This document shows, piece after piece, positions 1 through 9,649 of a DNA stretch of 64,000 nucleotides. This DNA comes from Camelus dromedarius (Eukaryota): positions 117,554,001-117,618,000 of the forward strand of contig NC_087436.1 in NCBI RefSeq assembly GCF_036321535.1, read 5' to 3'. The position numbers and the translations under genes were made by a program. How positions within the stretch are numbered: position 1 is the first letter of the stretch; every line of letters starts with the position of its first letter. The notes below the pieces were generated by a model, which did no database searches, had not been told where the DNA came from, and saw only the letters and a list, made by a program, of their open reading frames with translations.

Positions 1-27
1 ACTGAGGCTGCTGAGAAATCCGCTTAG
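1..27 (+). CDS. NSG1: 3' end of NSG1 (NEEP21) coding sequence, partial last exon
   Basis: ACT GAG GCT GCT GAG AAA TCC GCT TAG = TEAAEKSA*, matching the recalled mammalian NSG1 C-terminus (...EQETEAAEKSA); a second in-frame stop (TGA) follows; NSG1 is the known convergent neighbour of STX18. Confidence 0.9.
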   Translation, partial: TEAAEKSA

Positions 28-1550
28 TGAGATGGCGAGTTCCCTGCAGTGTCACTTGAAGGTAACAAAGGGACTTTGAGGGACATTTCATTAAATATAA
101 TTCCTGATAATTTAGAGGTTACTCATTTATGGTGCAACTGCTTCTGTTTGCTGATGCTGCTTTGCAAATCAAACTTGCTGCAGGCCACCTCGGGCATAGA
201 ATCAAGCGCTATCAGCATTGCTTAAAGAGCTCTGACACCAGTTTTCATGTAAAGGAATCTTAATTTAGCAACTTGACTGGGATTTATTGGATGCTATCAA
301 AAAATAAATTTACACTGGATATGCAAGGGGTTTGGACTTCAGATAAATAATGCATTTTGTGGGACTGATTGTTTTTTAAACCACTTGCTGTTTGCAGACC
401 TTACTCCATAGCCATATCTAGAGTAAGCCCTTGCGTTGCTGAGAGCAAGCTGTCCTTCTCATTTCTTCCCACCTCCCATCCAGGGCAATAGTGCTGATGG
501 CCAGGATGCGCTGTAATGAGTGGCACAGGGAAGGAAGGAAAGACGCCAGCGGGTCACAGCTGCGCCCTGCCCTTCCCCGTGCCCATTCTGAGTGTGCAGG
601 GGCTGCCGCAGGGCTGCTTGGGCAGAGGCTGCATCTCAGCCCAGAGGGCCCGCTGGGCAGAGGAGGCCGTGTTTCCCTTGGTGCTTGTGGTCTGGGTCAG
701 GGCATGTGAGGTGGGGACCCTGGGCCAAGGCTGCAGAACCGGCCCCCTGCCAGCGTCCGTTTGCTCTGTGATGTGCTGGGTAGGAACGAGACCCACCAGC
801 CCTTCTGTTCACATTGGTTATTAAATACATTTGCATCGACAGCCGTATTAGCAATTAGTTTTAAATCAGTTAGCTGGGCGGGGAACGTAAAAGTGATTGC
901 TGGTAAGCCAAGGCTACTTTAGTGTTTATTCTGTGGGACAGATGTCACTCCTCTGATGTAAGAAGCAGGCAGAAAGGCTGGGAGGGGGGCTGGCGGGGCA
1001 CCTTATGAGTCCAACTGTGACATTTACATTCACAGTCTCTGTAAGACAATTACGTTTCAGTCTGAATCTTGACATTAAAGTGTATGTTTACAAACTTGCC
1101 AGTTAGATGAACTAAGTGTGTAAGACGATTAAATAGAAAAAAAAATTCACATTTTCTTCCATGTTATTTGACTGTGTTGTTTCTGGTGGACATGTCACAA
1201 GTTTCACTGTTTTTTTAGTAGATCAAAAATAAATGACAATTAGTGCAAGATCTGTGGCGAACAAGCATGGTGGTCACGGCCAACTCCCTTACTGTCCCCT
1301 GAAGTGCACTTCTGAAACAGACAGTAGATGTCATTGTCAAGGGTGTTTGGAAACAGTGGCCATGACCTCAGAGCAGTGGGTGTGCGTTACAGTCGCAGCC
1401 GCGAAGGACGTCGTGACGCTGTGGGGGTGCACAAAGAGCAATAACTACGTGCCAAAACGTCTGCTGCGTAGAGGTTATCTGTCAGCAGTTCCAGCCCATG
1501 TAAACGCAGTGCCAAGGCAACCCTATTTGTACTTTCTAGTAGACGTGTAT

Positions 1551-1556
1551 TTTATT
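1551..1556 (-). terminator. Poly(A) signal AATAAA (minus strand), probable STX18 PAS
   Basis: Plus-strand TTTATT; the first canonical minus-strand hexamer I find downstream of the STX18 stop (about 860 nt away). Confidence 0.7.
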
Positions 1557-1602
1557 GACTGTAAACTCATTCACATGTAACTTTCAACATTTTCACTCTG
1601 CA

Positions 1603-1608
1603 AATAAA
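1603..1608 (+). terminator. Poly(A) signal AATAAA, probable distal NSG1 PAS
   Basis: AATAAA with TGTA (CFIm) motifs at 1499, 1528, 1546, 1560 and 1576. Confidence 0.7.
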
Positions 1609-2417
1609 AGAACACAAGGATCCCTGTGCCCCCGGACTGTCTGTGCAGCGCGGAGCCCTCGCACCCACGCTGCTGGCCCCGCCTACACCGGACGCTTTCT
1701 GCACAGATGTGGCCGCGGGCGTCCGTGCTTCGAAGTCCAAGCAGGCGTTCTGGATTCCTGGGGCTCAGGGAGAGGCGGGGAGCAGCAGGCCCTCTGGACA
1801 AAAGCTCGTGGGCCCCAGTGGCAGGAAGTCAGGCCCTCCCCGCCGCCTGCCCACCAGGCAGGAGAGTGCCGGGGCAGCAGTTCTGGGCAAGCCGGGCCGT
1901 GGCCCAGAGGCCTGCCCCACGCTCCCTCCCTGGGCAGGAGGCAGGTGCGCATGCGCTGACTTAACGGTATTTATGGGAGTCACAAGGCAGAGGGGGGTTT
2001 TCTCATGGACTGCACACCGAATCTATGTGTTGGTTGGCTCAGACAGACAAAAAGCCACGGGGAACAAAGAAATGATCATCTGCTGTGAGAAGGCATTGAC
2101 CAGCACTGTTTCTGCAGCCACCAGGAGGGAAAGGCTGGCGCCTCCTGAGACGGTGGCGGATGGGCCTGGCCTGCCCTCCCTCCCGGGGCGGCCCCCACCA
2201 CAGCCTCAGGTCAGGTGCAGCGATAGCCACCCTCCCGTTTCTCCCCTGTGGCCTCAGGACTGTGACGCAGCCCACTTCCAACTGTGTCGTTTTCTTTCTC
2301 AGCTACTAGATGGGCACAGTCTGGGTGCACAGGTCCGGGTGTCCCTTTTGTGAGTGTGTCCCCCCCCCACCCCTGTCTGACACCAGGACAAGGACCGCGC
2401 CATGCCGCCAGGGCAGG

Positions 2418-2606
<189 letters not shown>

Positions 2607-3207
2607 TTAATTATTAAGCAAAACAAAAATCGGTTTACAGTCTATCAGAAGACAAAAGGGTTCTGTTTCCCTCGCTGCTTAGCTGTTCTTTGGAAATTTT
2701 GCACAATTCTCCCAGGAGAAACAGCTCCTGTCCGCCCCAGGGTCCAGACCCTGCAGGCAGGCTCAGAGCACTGTGTCTCCTACCCTGGCTTATGTCTCCT
2801 AGCAGTGCAGTGACAGGGCGTCCACAAATGGTCCTACATCCACCCAAACCCGAGGACCGCATTCAGAAAACAAAGGCCATGCCACAGAGTCAACTGTGGA
2901 GGCCCCGTAAGCAGTGACCAGGGCTCTGGTCCTTGGTGCTGGTCCAACAAGCTTCTCCAGTGGCACCTGCCCTGGATTTAGGGAGCTGGTCTGACCCTTG
3001 CTGAGAGTGACCGCGTGCAACCCAGCTGGCTCCTCTGCAGGGGCCGAGCTTGGCGGGGACAGAACGGGACCAGCAGTGCACAGCTGTGAGATCAGCCCTG
3101 GGGCTCTGCCCCAGCCGGGCTCTCAGGCAGCCCTGACGCCAAGGCGACCACTGCCGCCCAGCCTCGGTGCCCCTCCAAATCAGACTCGGGGCCCAGAGGG
3201 TACCCAC

Positions 3208-3288
3208 CTCTCTGATGTCTTCATTGCCCTCCTTGATATTCTCGGTTGCTCCGACTACTAGTTGGTGAATATTATCAATCTCAGCTTC
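3208..3288 (-). CDS. STX18: Syntaxin-18 exon 10 (SNARE motif): [27 protein letters not shown]
   Basis: 81 nt; ccacag|GAA ... GAG|gtgggt; phase 0/0. Confidence 0.97.
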
Positions 3289-3399
3289 CTGTGGAAGAAA
3301 AGTGGCACATAAATTCAGCCGCTGCCCCATCACCGAGTCTCTGTTACGACAGAAACAGCAGCTGCCGCTGACTGAGGGTGAGGCCCCGTGGATCCTCAC

Positions 3400-3515
3400 A
3401 GCACCCTGAGAGGTAGGCAACACTCCCATTTACAAAAGGGAAGCTTAAGGCTCAGAGAAGCTTAATAACTTGCCCCAAGTCACACAGCACCCAAGTGGCA
3501 GGACTGGAACTGGAC
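3400..3515 (-). mobile_element. MIR SINE fragment
   Basis: Resembles the MIR core in reverse: cccatttacaaaaggg...aaggctcagagaag...taacttgccccaagtcacacagc. Confidence 0.7.
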
Positions 3516-5539
3516 CCCGTGCCCGTGCGCCCTCCCCCGCTTGCTGGCTTCCTGTCTTCTCACCGGACCATACAGGACAAACACATAAGAGCTGCGATCG
3601 CAGAGCAGCTGCCACATGCCAGGGGCTTCCAAGTGCATGTGCTTTAAAGCATATGCTGGCTTCCAAAAGGTGCGGTGCACATCACTGTGTTTTCTCTCAA
3701 AAAAAGCTAAAGCTTAAAAATCACAACAGGATGCAGGATGTTTGCCAAAAATTTTACTCCAGATGACTGGAAAGCTTACACATGGGATCCTGGCCTAAGG
3801 AGCGCCTGGCTAATCACCACCGCTGCACAGGCTGTGAGCAAGGCCGGGGCCTGGGGAGCAGGACTGCCCACCTCGGCCTCCTCAGGGCCGTGGGGCGGGG
3901 GTGTAAGTGGGCACTTACGTTTTAGGGATGCCTGACTGACTCAGTACCACAGAGAGGAAAGCAGCCTTTTGCCACCTGATTGCAGCAGTGGATGTCACAC
4001 AGTCCAAGGATGGAAGGGCCAGGGATGGCTTTGTTCTCTGTAACCGCACTTTTGGGGAGAATCTCCAAGTGGGAGCTCACTGACCACAGCCGATGCTCCC
4101 ATGAGAGACGTCGGGAAGAACCACGTTGAATGTGGATGAAAACTCCCAGATAGACTCAACTCTTCTCAGGTCTTGGCAACTCCTGGGAGGCCAGGTAAGG
4201 CTCAGCCTGTGCCCTCAAGTCCCTGTGCAGTCCGCCCTGGGGTGTGACGCAGTGTGCAGCTGTGAGCTGTGGCCCGGGCACGCGTTTGGAACTCTGGAAC
4301 AGTGGCTTCCTAACCAAGAACCAGCCCCCAACCAAGAATCAAGTGTGAATGGCAGTCAGAACTCTGTGTTGATCAGGCTCAGTGTAGGAGCAGAAGCAAT
4401 GGCTGCAAAAAGTAAAACAGCTCTCACTGCATTTGGGCCACCCAAGCCCTCTGAGTATCACCGCATGTCAGCCACACTGCGGTCAGGCTCCCCAGGCCAG
4501 CGGCTCTGCGCGCTGCCCAGGCCTGCTGCAGCCACACCCAGAATGACAACGGTTCCCATGTCGGGAGCCTGTGTCAGGCCAGGCAATTCCCGGCGGTGAG
4601 AGAGTGGCTGAGAGCGACTCGGCCCCTTTCTGCAGAGGGCGTTGGGGCATGGGAGAGCCGCAGCTCACGCGATGGATGCTGGATGCGCCGTGGGGAACCA
4701 GGTGGGGGTGTCTGCCCCCACCTGGGTTCTGGGCTCCTTTCGCCACACCAAGCTGCCTCTAAGGACAAGTGGGCGCTGTGAGAGGGAAAACGTGAGTGGT
4801 TCTGTGTCAGGCGGCTGGACTGATGGCCACCGGGCTTCTAAGTGAAGATCAGCACACACATCCTAGACTAGTTCCTTCCATGTGCTAGCAAAAAGGCCAG
4901 CTCCCCCGAACCCAAACAGCTCTATGCACCCAATTTGCAATGACTGACTCTGGCCGTGTAGTTTTGGGGAAATTTTGTGAGTGGAGTATCTTAAGCCAAG
5001 GGGACAATGAAGAAAAATGATTTTGTCTTTCAAGCTCTTCCACAATATGTGGATTCTAAAAACAAAAGGGAAAATTTATCAGGTGTCTAAAATTTTGGGC
5101 CATTTATCGGCTGGATAACATGAAAATCCGCTCACAAGAACAATCACGTGTCCTGTGAGGACAGGACACTGAGATGGCAGGGTATTTTGAGACAGTCGAG
5201 TCAGCACTTGTAACATCACTGACTGAAAAGCTGCTACCACCGGGCACTGAGCTGGGTGCTTTCCGGGGGGTCTTCTCTGAACCTCACGACAACCACGCAA
5301 GGGTCACTCCAATTTATAGGTAAAAAACCATAGCTCAGAGAGGCTGCCCGGCTTCCCCGAGGGCATCCAGAACCAAGATCGCCTGCCTCCCTCATCTGGG
5401 CGCTCTGCCGCACAGGACAGGGGCCCGTGGAGAGCCACTCCCGTTTGCCAAGGCTGCTCCCGGGACTGGGAGGCCCTCCCCGTGTGCGCCAGCTGCAGAG
5501 GCCGGACGACCTCGGGAGAAACGCCCCGAGGTGAGTTTA

Positions 5540-5656
<117 letters not shown>

Positions 5657-6426
5657 TCATAAAAAAAAATAGGTTACACATTACCTGTTAGTACCTGGTG
5701 ATCTTAACAGCAGTGTCATACATTTCCAAAGAAATCATGTCTTCTAAGTGAAGGCAGAGGGGAGAGGGAACACCATGTCATCCATGAGAGAGGGAGGGGA
5801 CACCGTGTCAGGCTCAGGGGAGGAGAACACGGGCAGAGAAGGTTCACGCCACTCACTGGTTCCCTTTTAATGTCCCTCAGTTTAGTGGGGCGCACTGGAC
5901 TGTTTGGAAATCCACCCTCCCACCCTTGCATAAGCTGACCTGAGGGGCCCCTGCCTGGGCCCCAGCTGCAAACCCTCTTCTAACGCTGAGCCCTGTCCCC
6001 GCAACCACAGTGACACGGGGTGGGGATTCAAAAGAAAACGTCAGACTATGTCGATGACCCAATTTTGTTACTGCTCAGCAGGTTAGAGGTCCCCTTTCAT
6101 CTCAGAGGAGTTAAATGTAAACCGCGCCCACGTGGCGGTGATCACAGGTGGTGCAGTTTGCTGTCACTGACCGAGCCCCTGGGATGGGGTGGCAGCACCT
6201 GGGAGCCTCGTGGCAGCCTGCAGGGGGCTACCGCACTGGCCCACAAGTTGAGGGGAGTCAGTGAATTCGGGCCGTCTTCCTTGACCCCCGAAACGGCTCC
6301 CGGGGGCTACACTTGGCCCAAGGGCCACATGTGGATGCCTGGGCACCAAAGTAAATGAATGAAGTTCCTAGTTTCTGGGGAAGTTGGAAACTGGGCCATC
6401 AGCTCACAAAGCAACCACGTGCGTAC

Positions 6427-6485
6427 CTCACTTCATCAAACAGGCTGTTCATTTCACCAATTAGGCGCTGATTTTCTTGTTCAAA
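6427..6485 (-). CDS. STX18: Syntaxin-18 exon 8: FEQENQRLIGEMNSLFDEV(R)
   Basis: 59 nt; ttacag|TTT ... AG|gtacgc. Confidence 0.96.
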
Positions 6486-8789
6486 CTGTAAGGAAACAAA
6501 TACATAAGGATGACATCATACTGAACTCCGGTCTCAAAAGCAACACAGCCAAAGGCTAGTGTCTAGCAAGGCGTGTCTGTCTGGAAACCTTTGATCTGCC
6601 CTCCGACAATCAACCACCAAGTCCCTCTTTCCAAGACACTGAGTGTCAGCGTGAGAGTACCCAGGCTTCAGGGAGCACACAGAGCCCTGCAGAGCAGCAG
6701 GGCTGCCTGTGGCCGGACTGCTCCGCCTCACTCCTCTGAGCTGCAGGCTGGCCTGATGACTGTGACCAGAGTGCAGAGGCGTGCGGGGTGGCCTCAGCCG
6801 TGCTCCCCGCCTGCCCCCTTCTCTCTGGGCTCTACCGGCCTTTGTTTTCTGCCTCTGCTGCCTTCGTGTTTAAATAGAGCAGGAGGGCGCCTGGCTGTAC
6901 CGAGAGCTGGGCAGGGGCAGGACTGTACTGGCATGCGGTCTGACTTCAGGGCCCTGCTTTGCTAATCCACCACGACAGGGATGGAGGCCCAGGAGCCGGA
7001 GGAGCGGTATTCCCAGTGCTTGGACTGGCACCAGGCCTCAGGGCTCAGTCTGTGCAAGGGCACCACCCTGACCATCCTTGCCCGCTCGATACTGGCCAGG
7101 CGCAGGGACGGCGCATCGCAAGTGTCACCGTGGTGTGGGGCCCAGAAGAGCTTCTCCTCACCGTGTGGTCCATGAGGGCAGCTCTGTCTACATGTGCCCA
7201 CTCCTCCATCTCCTCCCCAACCTGTCCCACATGTCCCCAGCTCACAGGTCACCTTCTCCGAGATACTGTCCTAGGCCTTGGAGCTCAGAGGTACTTCTCC
7301 GCTTTCTAACCCTGGCCTAGCGTCTTCTGAAAGCCCCTCAGGACGTTAACCATTTTCTGCCGTCTACTAAGTTGTGTGTGTCCCAAACTTCCTGTGTGAT
7401 TGTGGGTGGGAAACGTATTGAACCCACATACATTTGAAAAAGCCACACACATGTTCTGTTTTTGACATCTATTCAAGCTGTGGTCAAACCTACACGTCCT
7501 CTGAGGCACTCTCTGTGCTGGGCAGTGTGTAAGGAACGGAGAGAAGGGAGCTCTTGCCCTCCAGAGGCTCCCAGTCCAACTGAAGACCTGGTTATCATTT
7601 GCTTAGTGAAGCAACAATGGAGGGAGAAGATGATGGTTAGAGAACTCAGAAAGACCACCAGGGCGTGCCGGGCTCTCCGCACATAGAGGCTCGTTTCACC
7701 AGGGAGGGGAGCTGTGTCCTCTCACCTCTGCCCCTGCAGCGTCTTTTGCTACCCTTCTCCACCCATCCCTGCGTCCCGCACCCTTCAACTCTGCCTGGCC
7801 CGCTCCCACTCCCCGGACACACCTGGGGAGGCCTCACTTCCCCTAGTCAGGGCTCCTTAACATTAACAGTCCTCTCCACCCTCCAGCCCCTTCGTTCCTT
7901 CCCCACCATCTTTAAGTTCTGCCTTCATCATCCCCCACCTCCCTCTGCCCAGGCCAGCTCTCAGCCTATGGGGGCTTTACCCCCTGGCTGAGGAACTCCA
8001 ACTGGTCCCAAGAGATCCAGTCCAGGTGCCTTCTTTGTCCTCAGACACGGCAGGGCAGGTTTAGCCATGTTCTCTCAGCCCCTCTCTCTTTAAAAGGCTC
8101 TTCTGCACTTGCCCGCATCACTACACCCCCACACTTGTTTAGGGGCCTGTCTCTCCTCCTGGGGCGGGGCCGGCTCTCTCCTCTGGACACCAAGCCCAGT
8201 GCAGGGCCTGAAATACTGCAGGGCACTGTTCATCAAAACACAGAGTCTTCTGCTCCATCCCAAACCCACTGGGTCAGAGGACTGGCAGGTGACAAGGTAC
8301 TGCGATGGCTCTTCAAATCTGCATCAAAAAAGCTATTTAAGAGAATAAAAATTGCACTTTTTAAAGTATCAGCTGTCAACAGTTACCTTAGAGTCCAGTA
8401 TTTAAGACGAAATACAATTACCTCAGCATGTAGGTGCTAATTTGACTAATTCTCAGGTACTTTACTCAGGGTTATTTATTTATTTATTTAGGCAGAGAAA
8501 ATTTTCTTTGAATTTTTCTAATGACAAAATATGGCTCTACCCTCTTAAGTCTACAGTCCTTTAATGCTTTTAAACTGTTCCTAAACAAAACTAACTAGGG
8601 GTTTGAAGTGGTTTGTTACTGAACGTTCCTTAGGAACAAAACTTCCTTTGTTTGCTCCCCGACTGAAGGGCACGTGGCTTCCTTTTGGGGCTCTTGGGAA
8701 TTGTTACTTCTGAAGGGCTCCTGTTAGCAGCGGTCAGGAGGTCAGGAGTCGGTCAGATTCTGGCTCTGATTTCCTCCCAGCCCATGGCT

Positions 8790-9238
8790 TGTTGATGCCA
8801 CCTGAGAAATACCTAGTTCCCAGAGGAAGTGAGAGAAACAAATGCCTCAGGGGTCTAACTGTGATTTAGGTGAGAGGTTTGCCAACAGCCAGCCGGCTTC
8901 ATGGAGAGCAGCCTCCGTTTAGGGGGCTGCAGTTACAATGAAACTGCATTTAAAAAAACAACAGAACTGGTTTCCCACAGCCATTCAGTGAGATCTGGCA
9001 GGGCGCAGGGAGACCAGGTAGTGGCCAGGTTGCTGACCACATTCACTTGCGCCAGGCTTCAGGCCATTCATTTTTACACTCACATAACACGCTTGCCAAG
9101 GCAGCCACCCACCTGGGTCTGCCTGCTCTTTCCTTGAGAGCATACTACCTCTCTCTTAATAAATCCTTGCTTTGCTTTCTTAACCTCCGCGTCTTGTCTC
9201 TGAATTCCTTCTGTGACAAGAACCGCTCGACCCCAACA
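8790..9238 (+). mobile_element. Solo LTR (ERV-type, family unassigned)
   Basis: TGTTG...CAACA inverted termini; AATAAA at 9158-9163 followed by a U5-like T-rich segment; TSD degenerate (ggct / ggact). Confidence 0.65.
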
Positions 9239-9354
9239 GGACTAGTCATGAGCCTTCTGTGTGGCCTGTCAGTTTCTCCTTGTGAACAGATGTGGTTGGT
9301 GATTCTTATCCTTTCCTGCCTGCTCCTGAAGGTGGGGAGCGACAGCTCCTTCAT

Positions 9355-9460
9355 CTGCTAAGCTGTATGCGCTTGGGCAGATAACTTAACCTCTCTGTGC
9401 TTCTGTCTTCATCAGTAAACTGAGAATAACTGTAGTACTTAATAGAGTTGTGAGGAGGAA
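9355..9460 (+). mobile_element. MIR SINE fragment
   Basis: agctgtatgcgcttgggcagataacttaacctctctgtgcttc...gttgtgagga resembles the MIR core. Confidence 0.7.
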
Positions 9461-9633
9461 GACATATACAAACACACGTAAGCTGCTTGTTAGTCTCTTT
9501 GGGACATAGATTCTGGATTCAAAATAGTCATTAAATGCTTTGAAGGCCCCTTTCCCCGCCCTGGTTTTAAATTCTAGTGGGCCACTGAGACTCCTGGTCA
9601 CTTCACTCTCAAAGGATGAGAAACGTGCACACA

Positions 9634-9649
9634 CAGCGCCCCCTGGGGC
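9634..9649 (-). promoter_or_regulatory. CTCF-like motif (reverse)
   Basis: Minus strand GCCCCAGGGGGCGCTG compared with core CCASYAGRKGGCRS; motif match only. Confidence 0.45.

Larger units (their letters stand above)
28..1630 (+). other. NSG1: NSG1 3' UTR (end approximate)
   Basis: Follows the stop codon; distal AATAAA at 1603-1608 preceded by five TGTA motifs; more proximal AATAAA at 303 and 1228. Confidence 0.7.
1530..2417 (-). other. STX18: STX18 3' UTR (end approximate)
   Basis: Between the TAG at 2418-2420 and the PAS at 1551-1556. Confidence 0.65.

Noticed and set aside
491..2353. Several long ORFs (up to 236 aa at 1643-2353) in the NSG1/STX18 UTR region
   Set aside because: GC-rich 3' UTR sequence, overlapping ORFs in many frames, many non-ATG starts and no recognisable domain; consistent with chance.
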